A stretch of 63,218 bases of DNA, filler included, from Collodictyon triciliatum (taxonomy: Eukaryota): assembly GCA_043381765.1 (NCBI GenBank). It is 7 parts of 7 records of this genome, joined end to end, with 100 filler letters (N's around TTAATTAATTAA, not from the genome) between each part and the next. Parts side by side here need not be neighbours in the genome. Positions count along the whole stretch, not along the records: positions 12,419 to 18,650 come from JBHJMP010002204.1; positions 18,751 to 31,043 come from JBHJMP010002205.1; 5 more parts are not named here. One strand, 5' to 3'. A model generated the notes under the pieces. That model was not told the origin of the DNA, made no database searches, and saw nothing but the letters and a program-made list of their open reading frames with translations. Shown one piece after another: positions 13,266 to 24,327 of this stretch (its first letter is position 1; the number at the start of each line of letters is the position of its first letter). The position numbers were made by a program, and so were the translations under genes.

Positions 13266-15019
13266 TTTATACTTCTATTATTATAAGATCACTCACTTAG
13301 ACAAGTTGAAAAGAAGATTAAACCCCCTTGTCTATCAGAAAGATGCATGCGGTTACGCCCATGCATTATGATGGATAATATGTATAAAGAAAAAGCACGA
13401 GTGGGCTGGATAAATAAAATATCATCGTCTCAAGAAACACCATTTATTGTTTTTATAAATCCAAAAATAGAGAAAAGAATGAATATGGAAATTACAACTA
13501 TTTATCTATTTTATTAATGCTGAATGGGCTGAGATACCTAGGTCATCATGAATATATGGCCACATATCTCTTTGTATCAATTAGCCCACGACATCATCAA
13601 TTTTCCCCTTCACATCAAATTGATCGATGATTGTGGAAGTGATTGCATCGAGCTGTTATGACCTCGAAGAAAATGTTTGTATTTTCAAACCCGAAAGGTA
13701 AACCATATCCGTAAGGGTATATCAAGAGTCATGCATATATGAAGACGCCCAGTCGTTTCCTTTTCCCTCCTTGCTACGTGCGTGCGCGATGCTTGGTGAG
13801 AAGTACCACTCCTAGCTTCTGCCGACGAGACCGACCAACGATTAAAAAAAAAAAGAAATCCACAAGCGACCTGCGGATGGGGCACAAACTCTTCATAAGC
13901 CATTTACTGAAAAAAAAACTAGCCGTTATGCCATATCTCCCGATTCTGGTGTATAACAAATCCCCCAATGAAGTGAACCAGTCACATATAACATCCTCTC
14001 ATCTTCAATCCATTCACGCAGGCTATCCTTGCCGATGTAAGATGGGTAGGCGCGGCGTTGTGAGGTTCATTGGATGGCTCCGGCGCTCCATGCATCATAT
14101 ATCTCTCATCATGGGATGGCTGAGGCTTGTAGCGCTCCACAGTTGGAACCCGTCCTTGCTGAGAACTGAATCACAAAAGGGAGTCACTTCGTAAACTGAT
14201 GAGGTTTTTCCCACGGTTATACGTAGTGCTGTATCCCGACTCGGTGGGGGCGGCCTCGTGGCTTCAGCACGGCTCCTGACAGTAGAACCTAATGTGGGCA
14301 CAACGCACCCAACAGGCATGCCCTCATATGCATACTCTGCCCTCAAATATCTTGTCCGCATCTATCTTCGCTCTCTTTGTGGATTTTTTCCTAATTTGGC
14401 ATTCTGCTTTATAATAAACCAACAATAAACGAATCAAGTATTAGTATTAACACATTTTGTTTAACTCATTTCTTCCTTATACGATATGGCAACAATCCAC
14501 ATCGAATTCATATATGTGGAAAATAAAAAATTTCTTTCCTGTATTTCATCATCAGATGCAATCTGTGATCCAATTTTTTTTCACATCAGTGATGAATCAT
14601 CAATCATTTCGAATTTATGCATCGAAACCAATCTGACCCGAATCCCTTTTCCATCCCTCATCCAGGCGCTGCTTCCAGGCAACCCTTGCTGGACCCACGG
14701 ACAAACTGCCCCTCATTCGGGCAACGCCGTTGTACATTAAGTGCCGGGATAAGGCTTTATGCAAACTTCGGTAACGTTAAGCCTGGGTGGTCAGGGTTAT
14801 CCGTTTATTCAAGTTTCGTACCCTTTCTTTCCGTCCTTATTAAAGGCGGGCGGCTTCGACAACCGCTCGCCTCGCATGCGCGACACAACTTTTTTTGCCA
14901 CAGCCGTTCGGTCGCCAAGCAGTGTCGAGTCTCGAGTCGACCTGCAACTGTCGTCTGTAACACGCAACCACTCGCACAAGCAACGCAACGTGGACTCACA
15001 AGCACACTTGCACCCACGA

Positions 15020-17815
15020 AGGCTCACACACGTACACACATGAAGTCCGCCTCACATAAGACCCACGAAGGCTGTGCACTATGCCGGGATATGACGCAGT
15101 CTGCCTCACACAAGACCCGCAAAGGCTCTCCACTATGTTGAACGTCGACGAAATCTGCCTCACAGAAGACCCGCAAAGGATCTCCACTATGCCGAACGTC
15201 GACGAAGTCTGCTTCACAAACACACAAAACCCTCGAAGGCTCTCCACTATGCCGAACGTCGAAGAAGTCTGCTCCACGCAAGACCCGCGAAGGCTGTGCA
15301 CTATGCCGAACGTCGACGAAGTCTGCTTCACACAAGACCCGCAAAGGCTCTGCACTATGCCGAACGTCGACGAAGTCTGCTTCACGCACAACCCCCGAAG
15401 GCTCTCCACTATACCAGAATACGACGCAGTCTGCTTCAGACACACAAGAGCCGCGAAGGCTGTGCACTATGCCGAACGTCGACGAAGTCTGCCTCACACA
15501 AGACCCACGAAGGCTCTCCGCTATGCTGGACGTCGACAAAGTCTGCTCCACGCAAGACCCACAAAGGCTCCCCACTATGCCGAACGTCGAAGAAGTCTGC
15601 CTCACACAAGACCCACAAAGGCTCTCCACTATGCCGGACTGCGACGAAGTCTGCCTCGCACAAGACCCACAAAGGCTCTCCACTATGCCGAACGTCGAAG
15701 AAGTCTGCCTCACACAAGACCCACAAAGGCTCCCCACTATGCCGAACGTCGACGAAGTCTGCTTCACACAAGACCCACGAAGGCTCTTCGCTATGCCGGA
15801 ATACGACGCAGTCTGCTCCACACAAGACCCGCAAAAGCTCTCCACTATGGCGGACGTCGACGAAGTCTGCTCCACACAAGACCTGCAAAGGCTCTCCACT
15901 ATGCCGGACTGCGAAGAAGTCTGCCTCACACAAGACCCACAAAGGCTCCCCACTATGCCGGAATACGACGAAGTCTGCTTCACACAAGACCCACAAAGGC
16001 TGTGCGTTATGCCGGAATACGACGCAGTCTGCTCCACACAAGACCCGCAAAAGCTCTCCACTATGCCGGACGTCGACGCAGTCTGCTCCACACAAGACCC
16101 ACGAAGGCTCTGCACTATGCGGAATACGACGAAGTCTGCTTCACACAAGACCCGCAAAGGCTCTGCACTATGCCGGAATACGACGCAGTCTGCTCCACAC
16201 AAGACCCGCAAAGGATCTCCACTATGCCGAATGCGACGAAGTCTGCTTCACACAAGACCCACGAAGGCTCTGCACTATGCCGAACGTCGACGAAGTCCGC
16301 TTTACACACGACCCGCAAAGGCTCTCCACTATGCTGAACGTCGACGCAGTCTGCTCCACACAAGACCCGCAAAGGATCTCCATTACGCCGAACGCCGACG
16401 AAGTCTGCCTCACACACAAGACCCGCAAAGGCTCTCCACTATGCCGGAAGAAGACACAGTCTGCTTCACACAAGACCCACGAAGGCTCTCCACTATGCCG
16501 AATGTCGACGAAGTCTGCTTCACACAAGACCCACGAAGGCTCTGCACTATGCCGAACGTCGACGAAGTCTGCTTCACACAATACCCGCGAAGGATCTCCA
16601 CTATGCCGAACGCCGATAAGTCTGCTTCACACAAGACCCGCAAAGGCTCTCCATTATGCCGGACTACGACGCAGTCTGCCTCATACAAGACCCACGAAGG
16701 ATCTCCACTATGCCGAACGTCGACGATGTCTGCCTTATACAAGACCCGCAAAGGCTCCACTATGCCGGACTGCGACGAAGTCTGCTTCACACAAGACCCG
16801 CGAAGGCTCTGCACTATGCCGGACTGCGACGAAGTCTGCCTCACACAAGACACGCAAAGGCTCTCCACTATGCCGAACGTCGACGCAGTCTGCTTCACAC
16901 AAGACCCGCAAAGGATCTCCACTATGCCGGAATATGACGAAGTCTGCCTCACACAATCCACGAAGGCTCTCCATTATGCCGGAATATGACGCAGTCTGCT
17001 TCACACAAGACCCACAGAGGCTCTCCATTATGCCGGAATACGACGAAGTCTGCTTCACACACGACCCGCGAAGGCTCTGCGTTATGCCGAACGTCGACGA
17101 AGTCTGCCTCACACAAGACCAACGAAGGATCTCCACTATGCCGAACGTCGACGAAGTCTGCCTCACACACAAGACCCGCAAAGGCTCTGCACTATGCCGG
17201 AAGAAGACACAGTCTGCTTCACACAAGACCCACGAAGGCTCTGCACTATGCCGAACGTCGACGAAGTCTGCTTCATACAATACCCGCGAAGGATCTCCAC
17301 TATGCCGGACTACGACGCAGTCTGCTTCACGCAAGACCCACAAAGGCTCTGCACTATGCCGAACGTCGACGAAGTCTGCTTCACACAATACCCGCGAAGG
17401 ATCTCCACTATGCCGGACTACGACGCAGTCTGCTTCACGCAAGACCCACAAAGGCTCTCCACTATGCCGAACGTCGACGAAGTCTGCTTCACAAGACACA
17501 ACCCTCGAGGGATCTCCACTATGCCGGACTACGACGCAGTCTGCTTCACACAAGACCCACGAAGGCTCTCCACCATGCCGGATACGACGCAGTCTGCTTC
17601 ACAAGACACAACCCTCAAAGGCTCTCCACTATGCCGGAATACGACGAAGTCTGCTTCACACACAACCCTCGAAGGGTCTCCACTATGCCGGAATACGACG
17701 AAGTCTGCTTCACACACACACAGACCCGCAAAGGCTTTCCACTATGTCGGACTGCGACGAAGTCTGCCTCACACAAGACACGCAAAGGCTCTCCACTATG
17801 CCGGAATACGACAGC
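15020..17815 (+). repeat. 54-bp variant tandem repeat array (~52 units)
   Basis: Consensus CACTATGCCGAACGTCGACGAAGTCTGCTTCACACAAGACCCGCAAAGGCTCTC with recurrent variant modules and occasional small indels. It explains all the overlapping long ORFs here. Confidence 0.95.
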
Positions 17816-18310
17816 CGTAAGTCTTGTGCAATCAGTTCCTTTTTTCACCTCACTTCGAGCACTTTGCATTGTACTTGCATACAGTCAGTCGATTTTTTTT
17901 ATTATAATTCATATTGAAGGTTTATTCATACATGGAGCATAAAAATTGAATTTCTCTTGTCAAAATAGTGCATTTTGTGTCAGGTATGTGGAACATTCGA
18001 AGCCCAATGCCCTGATTATTGAGCAACAAAGTCTGCTTCACAAGGCACACAACCCTCAAAGGCTCTCCACTATGCCGGAATACGACAACCGTAAGTCTTA
18101 AGCAATCAGATATTCTGTTTTCCATCTCTCACTTCGAGCACCTTGCATTGTACTTGCATACAGTCAGTCGATTTTTTTTATTATAATTCATATTGAAGGT
18201 TTATTCATGTATAGAGCATAAAAATTGAATTTCTCCTGCCATAATAGAGCATTCTTTGTCGGGTTATGTGAACATTCGAAGCCCAATGCCCTGATTATTG
18301 AGCAACAAAG
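17784..18310 (+). repeat. Tandem duplication (~275 bp period) of last repeat unit + putative intron + putative exon
   Basis: 17784-18031 and 18058-18310 are near-identical (..GAATACGAC(A/G)CC GTAAGTCTT..GTCAGTCGATTTTTTT..CATTCGAAGCCCAATGCCCTGATTATTGAGCAACAAAG). Confidence 0.85.
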
Positions 18311-18750
18311 CCGAATCCCGGACACGAGACACAACATATTGCTGTCCATGTGCAGACGCGAAGAACTTCAGGTGAGTATCCCATTTACACAACCATTTTA
18401 TCATTAAGAGAATTTCTTATTTTCTCCTTATTCATTACAACAATTTGAAACACTTCAGCATTTTTTCAGCTTTTCAATAACCAAAGAAACCATAATAAAG
18501 TCTCGACAATCCATTTTCCAATGTGCATTCTCCAGTTTCTGATTGCAGAATTTCGGCCACTCTCCAACCGCAGCGACGCCGGACTTAGCACAAAGAGACG
18601 CACCCTTGCAAGTGATTCAGGAAACCCACGAACATGCAGCAACTCCTCCGNNNNNNNNNNNNNNNNNNNNNNNNNNNNNNNNNNNNNNNNNNNNTTAATT
18701 AATTAANNNNNNNNNNNNNNNNNNNNNNNNNNNNNNNNNNNNNNNNNNNN

Positions 18751-18837
18751 AAAAGTTTCGCAAGAAAATTATCACAGCCCCATACAACCATACATTTTTT
18801 AAGGGTAATGATGAGATATTCTGATAAAACAAAAAAA

Positions 18838-18906
<69 letters not shown>

Positions 18907-18937
18907 AAAAAAAACCAAAAAAAAAACAAAAGTAAAC
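18751..18937 (+). repeat. Interspersed repeat family D 3' end with A/AAAC-rich tail, copy 1
   Basis: 18751-18830 is nearly identical (1 mismatch seen) to 22732-22810. Confidence 0.8.
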
Positions 18938-18955
18938 AAACGCACTAGTCTCACC

Positions 18956-18978
18956 TCCCTTGAATCGAATAAAGAAAA
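18956..18978 (+). mobile_element. Ultra-short LINE family B 3'-end insertion with degenerate 18-bp TSD
   Basis: TCCCTTGAATCGAATAAAGAAAA is flanked by AAACGCACTAGTCTCACC (18938-18955) and AAACGTACTAACCTCACC (18979-18996), 3 mismatches. Confidence 0.55.
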
Positions 18979-19008
18979 AAACGTACTAACCTCACCAACC
19001 CCCGCCAG

Positions 19009-21683
19009 ATGAAGCCCCGTGTGCTCCTTCTGGGCGTGGTCGCCTTGGCCCTTGCCACCAGCTTCGCCCGCATTGCCGAGTGTGTCCCACTGCAGCCCGT
19101 CTCTGCAGCCACGGCCGTCCCGCGCTACTTGGGCTCCTTCGCAGTCCCCGGCGCTGCTTTCACGCACGTCCAACCGCTCTCGGCCGCAGAGCCCGACCGC
19201 CTCGCCCTCTTTATTCAGGCATTTCCCTTGAATCTGCCGAGCACCATCACCGTGGTTCCAGACATCGCCCGCTTCCTGACCCGCGTTTCGGACATCCAAC
19301 CAGTTCTTTTGACAGACCAGATTGTCTGGCCGAATGGAGCCACCACCACATATAATGGCACACTCAGTTCAGGGCCGAAACTCGGCATGGTTGTCGCATC
19401 CGGCTTTATACCTCCTCCGGTGGCCACTGGTGCAGTTACTTTTGTCGACTTGGATGACTTTACCACAACAGGCGAGTCTTCAATTATTTATCCATTTTAT
19501 TGTTTACATTATTGAGAAAGCACACATAATTATATGACAATGGAAAAGAATACCGATGACAACATCTCCACCATCCTGCACTTAATTGAAAGGAAGAATA
19601 AAAAAAAAAGACAATAGAAAAGAATCGATTGAATGGTATTGTGGACTATGAAGATACAATCAAGAACTGAATGGATGTATACGCTTGTTGATTCTGTTTA
19701 GGCCGTGTTCGCACTTACAAACTCACTCGGGACAAGTTTCAGTACTTTTACCACCGAACTTTCTGGGTGGATTGCAACGGAGATGGGCTCAAGGACCTCA
19801 TGACTGCACGTGCACGCACTCTCGGCCCAGATGGAGGTATGCCAATATGACATTTGGTTGAGTACTGTTTCTCAAACTCAATCGACACTTTTTCAATTCA
19901 TTTTTTTGTCGCTATTATCAAAAAGTTTGAGGGCCGGGTTACGCTCAAATGAAAACGGAGGGGGTGCTCTGTAGGATTGTACCCTCAGATGGTTTCATCA
20001 TCTTTGAATGTCTTTATATTCTCATCTGTCATCTCTAGAACTTGTCTGTCTCATCCAACCGAAGAGCAACCCTCTGACCAACATTCCTTGGGCTGAAATC
20101 GTCTGACTCTTTAAATATTAGACCTATGAATAGCCTCTCTTCTCCTTTTTCTTATACTTTTTTCTTTCGTGTACGGTAATTCAAATAAAAATATGGCTCA
20201 TTTAATAAATGGAACACTATTTGTAAATTTAAACATGCTCGTTATTCAACTCTTACAAACCTCTCATACTTATAGTTGATTTCCAAAAGCCCGGATGTTC
20301 ACTTTGACCTTGCAGATATCAAAAAGGACGGAGGGCAGCATGTCGCAAGTTCCACATTCTTTAGTGACAAGTATGAATATGGCTCCTTCGCAAAGGCATA
20401 ATACTATTCCCCGGTGTATTAAAGTATAAGCTCTATCCGGTGGCTAAATCATGATTTTCTGTCTTTGATTCAGGGTTGAGTTGATACTAAAAAATGGTGC
20501 GCTTTGGTCCCAAACATCCGCTATTCAAACCGTTGTTATCGACCGCGAAGCCGGAAATCCGTTTGACATCATTGTTGTACGTGACAGCCCCTGAGTTAAT
20601 TAAAAGAAATTATAACAATATATATATATTTTTTTTTTAAAAAAAAGGAGACAACCTAACATTCTACTTAACCTTACAAATTAACCTGAGTCTTAAGTTT
20701 TCTCATGCCATTCACCTTTTTGAAAAAAAAATATAAAAAAAAGACCTCACGTTTGCTAAATAACCAAATTTAGGCGGACCTTAATAATGATGGAAAGAAT
20801 GATTTACTAGTGTCAAATCATGAGAATGTTGCTGAGAAGACGGCCCTTTATGCATACGAAGTAACATTTTATACAAATACGCATCATATAGCATGCAGAG
20901 CAGACATACGACTAAAATAAAACCACTCATTTACAGGGAATACTTTTTTCCCCGACCACCATCATACGAATCTTTCATAAGATATTTAATTGATGCAATA
21001 ATCCGAAAATGTCTCGATGTGCATTAATTCAGATTCCTGACAAACTTGATGATGCTACTGGATACAAGCGACACTACCTTGGTGGCAACTTCCCTGTGAC
21101 CACCCCTGGAGATAACCAGGCTTCACCCGGTAAGTTTTTGCTTGTTGTTTGACTCTTTTTTTCTTCCTTTATTCGATTCAAAGTGTAGTGCTTGTTGTTT
21201 GACTCTAAATCCAAAGATGGGCCCTCAACTTGATAGACAAGAGCTACCAGGCTTTAATGCATTTCGTCTCAGTTGTAAGATGATCAAATGTATATAGAAA
21301 AAAAAAGCTCATATGCAAAATTTCTAGGAGCACCTAAGACGTTCTATCCAAATACCAGACAAACTTCAGGAAAGCCCTGGATTCTTTTGTCAGGTGAGGA
21401 CTCATCACCCCTCAGGCTAAATATGTAATTTCGTTCACTTACGCGCCCGCTTACAAACAATTCGCTCGAATTTTTCTTAGGTGATGCAGCACAAGAAGCA
21501 TATCTATTTACCCCAAACTCTGAGGCTCCTACCGACTGGTCGTATTCCTTCTACCCGGTCCTCAACACTGGAGGCACAACTGGCGAGATTACTGTTTATG
21601 ATGTCGATGGGGACTCTTGGGTCGAATTTTTCCTTCCCGACTTTGATAATGGCCGAGTCCATGTTTTCACCTTCACCCCTTAA
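19009..21683 (+). CDS. Secreted FG-GAP/VCBS-like repeat (beta-propeller) protein, multi-exon
   Basis: Signal peptide MKPRVLLLGVVALALATSFA. Ca-binding-like DxxGDG motifs (WVDCNGDGLKDL, ADLNNDGKNDLLVSNH, YDVDGDSWVE). Stop TAA 21681-21683. First intron is GC-AG. Confidence 0.85.
19552..19609 (+). mobile_element. Ultra-short LINE/SINE family A 3'-end insertion (58 bp) with 16-bp TSD, in intron
   Basis: Ends TTGAAAGGAAGAATAAAAAAAAAA, the same tail as the elements at 34890 and 36850. TSD GACAAT(G/A)GAAAAGAAT at 19536-19551 and 19610-19625. Confidence 0.75.
21157..21188 (-). mobile_element. Ultra-short LINE family B 3'-end insertion (32 bp) with perfect 18-bp TSD, in intron
   Basis: Minus strand CTACACTTTGAATCGAATAAAGGAAGAAAAAA. 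TGCTTGTTGTTTGACTCT is duplicated at 21139-21156 and 21189-21206. Confidence 0.85.
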
Positions 21684-22262
21684 AAATACGGAAAATAAAA
21701 GCGGGAAAAAGGTCACATTATATGGAAAACTTTAACTTTCTGGGGTCATGTGAATTTATGTTATCGGTTCTTAGCTGCCGATATACAATTATTTTTTTTC
21801 CAAACTGGATGTATTGTAAGTTTTTTTCCCTCCCTCGTTTATTCGACCCAAATGGATCTATTTAAGGAAAAAAATAACAGTAATAATAAAATTGTCAACA
21901 AAGGCAGTTTGACAATTAATGAATTAACCAAACTGATTTATATAGCAAACTATAAACAAGCCAATACATGAGGAAGTAATCATACCTATAAGTTTAAATT
22001 GCTGGAAAAAAAACACAATTTTTGTGACTGCAATCAAATTAGTTTTCAACCTTGGGAGTAATCCCTCTGCATTTAGGGGTGCACAAAGACAAAGGTTACC
22101 ATGCAAGATATTTTCGAAATTCAAATACTAGACTGAACAAACTGGACGGAAAATAGTATGCTACTCCCATCGCAAGCAAATTGCCATTCAATTATGCTAC
22201 GCGCAGTTAAAGTATCAGCCAGGTAAACCCAATCGGACAAATTTGAGTCATTAGAGAAAAAG

Positions 22263-22640
22263 TTCCTTTCCCCTTTATTCGATTCAAGTGTAACAGGGTT
22301 ATGTCACACGAGGGGCGAGACAGGTGTGCATGGTAGAGAGCGAGCACGAGCAGGAGGCGCTACTGGGAAGATGCTAGCGCTGGAAATAAATCAATGATAG
22401 TAAGGCGGTCAAGTGGGCGACCCAACTGGTTGATTGACTGAGTGGATAGCAGTGATTGAATATGTTGTTGGAGGTACCTTACTATACATTCTCGCATCTC
22501 TCTTCGCTTGCAGTCAGAGTAGGGATTAATGTGGGCATGTTATAGCAAACTGTTCAAGGAGCTGTATTACACGAGGCTCTCCAGCCGATTGAGAGGATGA
22601 ATAATACCATCTGTGAATCCAAGCAAGCTTCATAGGTCAT
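22263..22640 (-). mobile_element. Degenerate LINE family B 3' fragment (ORF2 C-terminus + 3' UTR)
   Basis: Minus translation HPLNRLESLV*YSSLNSLL*HAHINPYSDCKRREMR aligns with PDNRLDDIIQMSFLNSFHRHLHVLYCSDPLRRDMR of the 36931-37527 ORF. The 3' end ..CATAACCCTGTTACACTTGAATCGAATAAAGG matches the micro-insertions. Confidence 0.7.
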
Positions 22641-22731
22641 CCACGAGGTATGTGGATGGAAAGGATATGAACTACTGAAAAAAAAAGTCCATCCCCAAAG
22701 ATCTGAATCAAAATCATGCCAGAGCCAAAAA

Positions 22732-22896
22732 AAAGTTTCGCAAGAAAATTATCACAGCCCCATACAACCATACATTTTTTAAGGGTGATGATGAGATATT
22801 CTGATAAAACAAACAAACAAACAAACAAACAAACAAACAAACAAACAAACAAACAAACAAACAAACAAACAAACAAACAAACAAACAAAAAAAAAA
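22732..22896 (+). repeat. Interspersed repeat family D, copy 2, with (AAAC)n tail
   Basis: Matches 18751-18830, followed by ~20 AAAC units. Confidence 0.8.
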
Positions 22897-24327
22897 CGTG
22901 CCATTAGACCCTTCAAAGATATTAACTGTTTTAATTACTTTTTTCGATAACTCAGTTAGAAACATTGAGCCTGGCTGATGCTTGTTGGTATTTATAAATA
23001 CTTTGTCTAAAGTGCACACAACGCAGCAAGATAAGAATAGAAATCAATGGAGGAAGTCACACAGCCGCACACCGACCGGATAGATATACCCCGACTCAAA
23101 CGGCAGACACAGAGAAAAAAGGCTGGATTATTGGCTCTCACATATAAATATATCAGGTAATTTCCACAATTAAATGCATATAGCTTCCTGAACTTTTTAT
23201 CCCAGTTTTGGTGAGCATAGTGAGTTTTACGAAACATACCATATTTACATCACATTTTTTCATTATGAATTTTTTTCAGTCGTCATTGTCGTCATATATC
23301 CCTTCTGATTATTTTCCCCTTCCCTCTTTGAAGAATATGACCGCCCAAAGCAAAAATTGACAAAACAAAGAGAACAGACCAAATGAATAATCGCCCGGGC
23401 GGATGATTCTGTTGCGGCCCCAATTTGATGCGATTCATTTTCTATTGTGTCTGTTTCACATTCTGCGCGGATGCAATACGTTTCTTGGCACACATATTGT
23501 TTTCCTTCCTGAATCTACCCATCTATCAGTCTGTCTGTCTGTCCCTCCTTTTCTTTCTTGGGGAGCAAGTCTCTCATCTCAAGTCTCTCATCTCAAGTCT
23601 TTGAGTGCAATTTCTGGCGCATACACTGCAAGCAAACCCGTCTCTTCCTTTCCGCTTTTCCCGCTTTGGCCAATATACTTCGCTACACATCCCCACAATA
23701 ACAACAAACTGCCTTGGACACATATCCATCTTGTTCCCAAGCACATAATAACCGATTCCCGCTCTTTGTTCCTACAAACCCGGACAACTAACTAATCAAA
23801 AGCACCGGTTTATTCACTGCTTAGTCCGGCCCAGGTCGCCTCGGACCCGCTGCGGACTCGTAACTCACTTTGCAATACCTTTGGTCTATTCTCAAAGCAA
23901 ATACTTTATTCCGACCACAACCGACCTGCCTAGTCGGCTTTTTTGGGACTTTTTATTTCAGTTTGGTGGTATTCAAAAGATAAAAGATTGCCAGAATAAC
24001 AGGATTACTGCAACATATCTCCTTTCATTCTTTCTTGTGCACTTTTATTGCTTCCTCCTTTTCCTCTCTCTCCACCTCCCCTCCTTCATTGTCAAACATT
24101 CTACTTTGACAGACTACCACGACTTTTTGTTTTTTTTCTTCGATCAGGCTCAAAACAGCATTTGTAAGCCATATTAGAAGTCCTTCTATTTCCACCGGGT
24201 CTTTTGTTCTTATCTCAAGCTTCTCACTCAAGCACACAACACGAATTACGTAATAATTCCAACGAAGCCACAAAAAAAAAAATTAATTACCTGAACAGAG
24301 GATATAAGAAGCTATCACCATATCACA

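Noticed and set aside
13690..14360. Moderately GC-rich segments with short ORFs (also 47640-48330, 60040-60640, 40100-40560)
   Set aside because: No recognisable motifs, coherent splice model or repeat match; left unannotated.
15020..17815. CRISPR-like array
   Set aside because: No unique spacers, only a few recurring variants; eukaryotic context and no cas genes.
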